Of a DNA stretch of 64,000 bases, positions 61,751 through 64,000 are shown in pieces. The DNA comes from an uncultured Chloroflexia bacterium (GTDB lineage Bacteria; Chloroflexota; Anaerolineae; B4-G1; SLSP01). Location: contig CAVVUS010000010.1 of NCBI GenBank assembly GCA_963751345.1, forward strand, positions 96,001-160,000, read 5' to 3'. Under the pieces are notes generated by a model. That model ran no database searches. It saw nothing but the letters and a program-made list of their open reading frames with translations, and was not told where the DNA came from. The first letter of the stretch is position 1; every line of letters begins with the position of its first letter. The position numbers were made by a program, and so were the translations under genes.

Positions 61751-62122
61751 ATGATCCAACGAGAATCGCGGTTAAAGGTAGCTGACAATACGGGGGCCCA
61801 GGAGCTGTTGTGTATCCGGGTGCTGGGCGGATCACGGCGTCGCTATGGCTACGTCGGGGATTCGATCGTCGCCACGGTCAAGGCGGCTACTCCGACCTCC
61901 TCTGTGAAAAAAGGTGAAGTTGTTCGCGCTGTTATTGTGCGTGTCGCCAAAGAGTATCGTCGCCCGGATGGTTCTTACATCCGTTTTGACGATAACGCCG
62001 CGGTCATCCTAGATACGGCCGGGTTGAATCCGCGGGGTACGCGCATCTTCGGGCCTGTCGCTCGCGAACTGCGAGAGCGCGGCTTTATGAAGATCGTGTC
62101 GCTGGCGCCGGAAGTCCTATAG
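61751..62122 (+). CDS. rplN: 50S ribosomal protein L14
   Basis: [26 protein letters not shown]. Confidence 0.98.
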   Translation: MIQRESRLKVADNTGAQELLCIRVLGGSRRRYGYVGDSIVATVKAATPTSSVKKGEVVRAVIVRVAKEYRRPDGSYIRFDDNAAVILDTAGLNPRGTRIFGPVARELRERGFMKIVSLAPEVL

Positions 62123-62145
62123 TGCCGGTGATGAGGAACTGAGAA

Positions 62146-62466
62146 ATGAATCGGATAAGGAAAGGCGACACAGTCGAAGTTATTGCAGGCGATGACATCG
62201 GCGTTCGCGGAGAAGTCCTGCGCGTATCGGTGAAGGATAACCGGGTTGTAGTGTCGAGCGTCAACATGGCCATCAAGCATCAGGATGCACAGCGGGCCGG
62301 ACGTTCGCAGGTACAGGGCGGACGGGTCCAGTTTGAGGCGCCGCTGGATCTCTCGAATGTGATGCCGGTTTGCCCTGCTTGTGGTCAGGCAACCCGTGTA
62401 GGATTCGGAGAGGTCGATGGCCGCAAGGCGCGAATCTGTCGCAAGTGCGGCGAGGTGATGGATTAA
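62146..62466 (+). CDS. rplX: 50S ribosomal protein L24
   Basis: [21 protein letters not shown], two CxxC pairs. Confidence 0.96.
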   Translation: MNRIRKGDTVEVIAGDDIGVRGEVLRVSVKDNRVVVSSVNMAIKHQDAQRAGRSQVQGGRVQFEAPLDLSNVMPVCPACGQATRVGFGEVDGRKARICRKCGEVMD

Positions 62467-62470
62467 GGAG

Positions 62471-63016
62471 ATGGGGACTATGCAACGGTTAGCGAAGCAA
62501 TACCGTGAGGAGATCACGCGGGCTCTTACTGAAGAGTTCGGGTATGAGAATGCGATGCAGGTTCCCCGGATCCGGAAGGTTGTGGTTAACGTCGGTGTTG
62601 GTGAGGCTTTGGACAATCCAAAGGCTCTCGAATACGTGGTTAACGATCTACGGATCGTGACTGGGCAACAGCCGGTGATCACCCGCGCGCGTAGGTCAAT
62701 CGCGAACTTCAAGTTGCGGGCCGGACGCACCATCGGCGCCAAAGTCACGCTTCGTGGCGCCCGTATGTGGGCGTTCTTGGATCGGTTGATCAGCATCGCC
62801 CTGCCCCGCACTCGTGACTTCCGTGGCGTTCCGGACAAGCTGGACGGCCGTGGAAATTACACGCTGGGGTTGCGTGAGCAGCTCCTCTTCCCTGAGATAG
62901 AGTACGACAAGATCGATAAGATCCGGGGGATGGAGATTTCGATCAATACGACGGCTGAGACCGACGAGGAAGCCCGGCGTCTTCTGGAACTGCTGGGGTT
63001 GCCGTTTGAGCACTAG
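62471..63016 (+). CDS. rplE: 50S ribosomal protein L5
   Basis: [29 protein letters not shown]. Confidence 0.97.
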   Translation: MGTMQRLAKQYREEITRALTEEFGYENAMQVPRIRKVVVNVGVGEALDNPKALEYVVNDLRIVTGQQPVITRARRSIANFKLRAGRTIGAKVTLRGARMWAFLDRLISIALPRTRDFRGVPDKLDGRGNYTLGLREQLLFPEIEYDKIDKIRGMEISINTTAETDEEARRLLELLGLPFEH

Positions 63017-63080
63017 AGACAGTGTATCTCGGGGCTAGTGTCGCCCCGAGATCCGTGGAGTTCTGAACAAGGAGTAAGGT

Positions 63081-63263
63081 ATGGCAAAGACTTGTATGCC
63101 AATTCGCGAAACCCGGCGCAAATTCGATGTGAGAGTGCGGAATCGGTGTTCTCGCTGTGGTCGTCCGCGGGGATACTACCGTCGGTTTGGCTTGTGCCGG
63201 ATTTGCGTCCGAGAACTGGCCTTGGAGGGGAAGATCCCCGGCATGGTCAAGTCCAGTTGGTAA
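63081..63263 (+). CDS. rpsZ: 30S ribosomal protein S14, Zn-binding type Z
   Basis: RCSRCGR...[14 protein letters not shown]. Confidence 0.95.
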   Translation: MAKTCMPIRETRRKFDVRVRNRCSRCGRPRGYYRRFGLCRICVRELALEGKIPGMVKSSW

Positions 63264-63275
63264 TGAGGTGCTAGG

Positions 63276-63686
63276 ATGACAACATCAGATCCGATTGCCG
63301 ATATGCTAGCACGTGTGCGTAATGCCTTGATGGCAGGTCATGCGACGGTCTCAATGCCTTCATCCAAGATGAAGGTAGCGATCGCCAGGATACTGCAGGA
63401 TGAGGGCTACATCAGCAACTACCACACGACCACTGACGAGAAATCGTTTCAGGCGCTGGTATTGGAACTCAAGTACGTTGGCGATATGAAACACCAGCGC
63501 GCCGTGATCACGGAGTTGAAGCGCGTCAGTAAGCCTGGGCGCCGCATCTATACGTCCGTCCGGGAAATCCCGTGGGTTCGCAGTGGAATGGGGATTGCTG
63601 TTCTTTCCACGCCCAAAGGGGTGATCACCGGGCAGCAGGCACGTCGCCTCAACGTGGGTGGCGAAGTCCTGTGCTACGTGTGGTAG
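63276..63686 (+). CDS. rpsH: 30S ribosomal protein S8
   Basis: [26 protein letters not shown]. Confidence 0.98.
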   Translation: MTTSDPIADMLARVRNALMAGHATVSMPSSKMKVAIARILQDEGYISNYHTTTDEKSFQALVLELKYVGDMKHQRAVITELKRVSKPGRRIYTSVREIPWVRSGMGIAVLSTPKGVITGQQARRLNVGGEVLCYVW

Positions 63687-63712
63687 ACGGGGCTCCGCCC
63701 GCGGTGGGCGCA

Positions 63713-63776
63713 AGCCCCAATAGTGGGGCCGTAGTAGCTCCGATACGTGGGGCCGTAGCCCCAATAGTGGGGCCGT
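63713..63776. repeat. Three tandem 20-21-bp mini-hairpin repeats between rpsH and rplF
   Basis: AGCCCCAATAGTGGGGCCGT at 63713 and 63757; AGCTCCGATACGTGGGGCCGT at 63736. Confidence 0.8.
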
Positions 63777-63792
63777 GATAGGGAGGTAAACA

Positions 63793-64000
63793 GTGTCTCG
63801 AATAGGAAAGATGCCGGTTCCGATCCCTGCTGGGGTCGAGGTATCAATCGAGGGAAATACGGTCACCGTGCAAGGTCCCAAGGGGACAATGTCGTGGGAC
63901 TTTCATCCTGAGATGATCGTCAGCCTCGATGAGGGTACGCTGCTCGTAAAGCGGCCGAACGATGAGCGGTTCTTCAGAGCGCTCCACGGCCTGACGCGTG
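63793..64000 (+). CDS. rplF: 50S ribosomal protein L6, N-terminal part (runs off window)
   Basis: GGAGG RBS, GTG start, SRIGKMPVPIPAGV...VQGPKG...RALHGLTR. Confidence 0.95.
   Translation, partial: MSRIGKMPVPIPAGVEVSIEGNTVTVQGPKGTMSWDFHPEMIVSLDEGTLLVKRPNDERFFRALHGLTR

Noticed and set aside
63713-63776. Possible mini CRISPR array
   Set aside because: Repeats are 20-21 bp and abut with 0-3 bp between them; no unique spacers and no cas genes.

Overview
High-GC bacterial chromosome segment, most likely Chloroflexota/Anaerolineae (inferred from RpoB and ribosomal protein character, LysM/FxLYD and GT-C envelope proteins, and Gram-positive-type LexA boxes). Several clear genes, including rpoB, are split by small indels, so this is probably an imperfectly polished long-read assembly and most frameshifts are likely artefacts. 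1-12.6 kb is housekeeping: partial xerC, MBL hydrolase, a 6S RNA not covered by the ORF track, dipeptidase, FHA protein, bcp, LysM protein, dgt, rluB-cmk-lpdA, a degenerate pyrK/pyrD-like pair and menG. 12.6-20.2 kb holds a Na+-translocating acyl-CoA decarboxylase (with a GNAT gene inserted) followed by a four-subunit 2-oxoacid:ferredoxin oxidoreductase. 20.4-27.4 kb holds CoA-transferase, crotonase, ABC exporter and enolase-superfamily genes. 27.4-34.1 kb is an accessory island: twin divergent LexA-box promoters, an iteron-containing winged-helix initiator-like gene, orphan antitoxins, a HEPN-motif protein and a divergent HhH-GPD protein. 34.2-38.2 kb is a ferredoxin / flavoprotein / membrane cytochrome b-like / 18-heme cytochrome c operon. 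38.4-47.7 kb holds envelope genes, an MNT-HEPN pair and a glycosyltransferase carrying an in-frame REP-like element. 47.9-64 kb is rpoB without rpoC, then the str-S10-spc operons with atypical EF-G and EF-Tu motifs. No tRNA, rRNA or CRISPR array was seen. The best candidates for an undescribed system are the SOS-controlled replicon-like module (27.6-29.8 kb) and the multiheme conduit.
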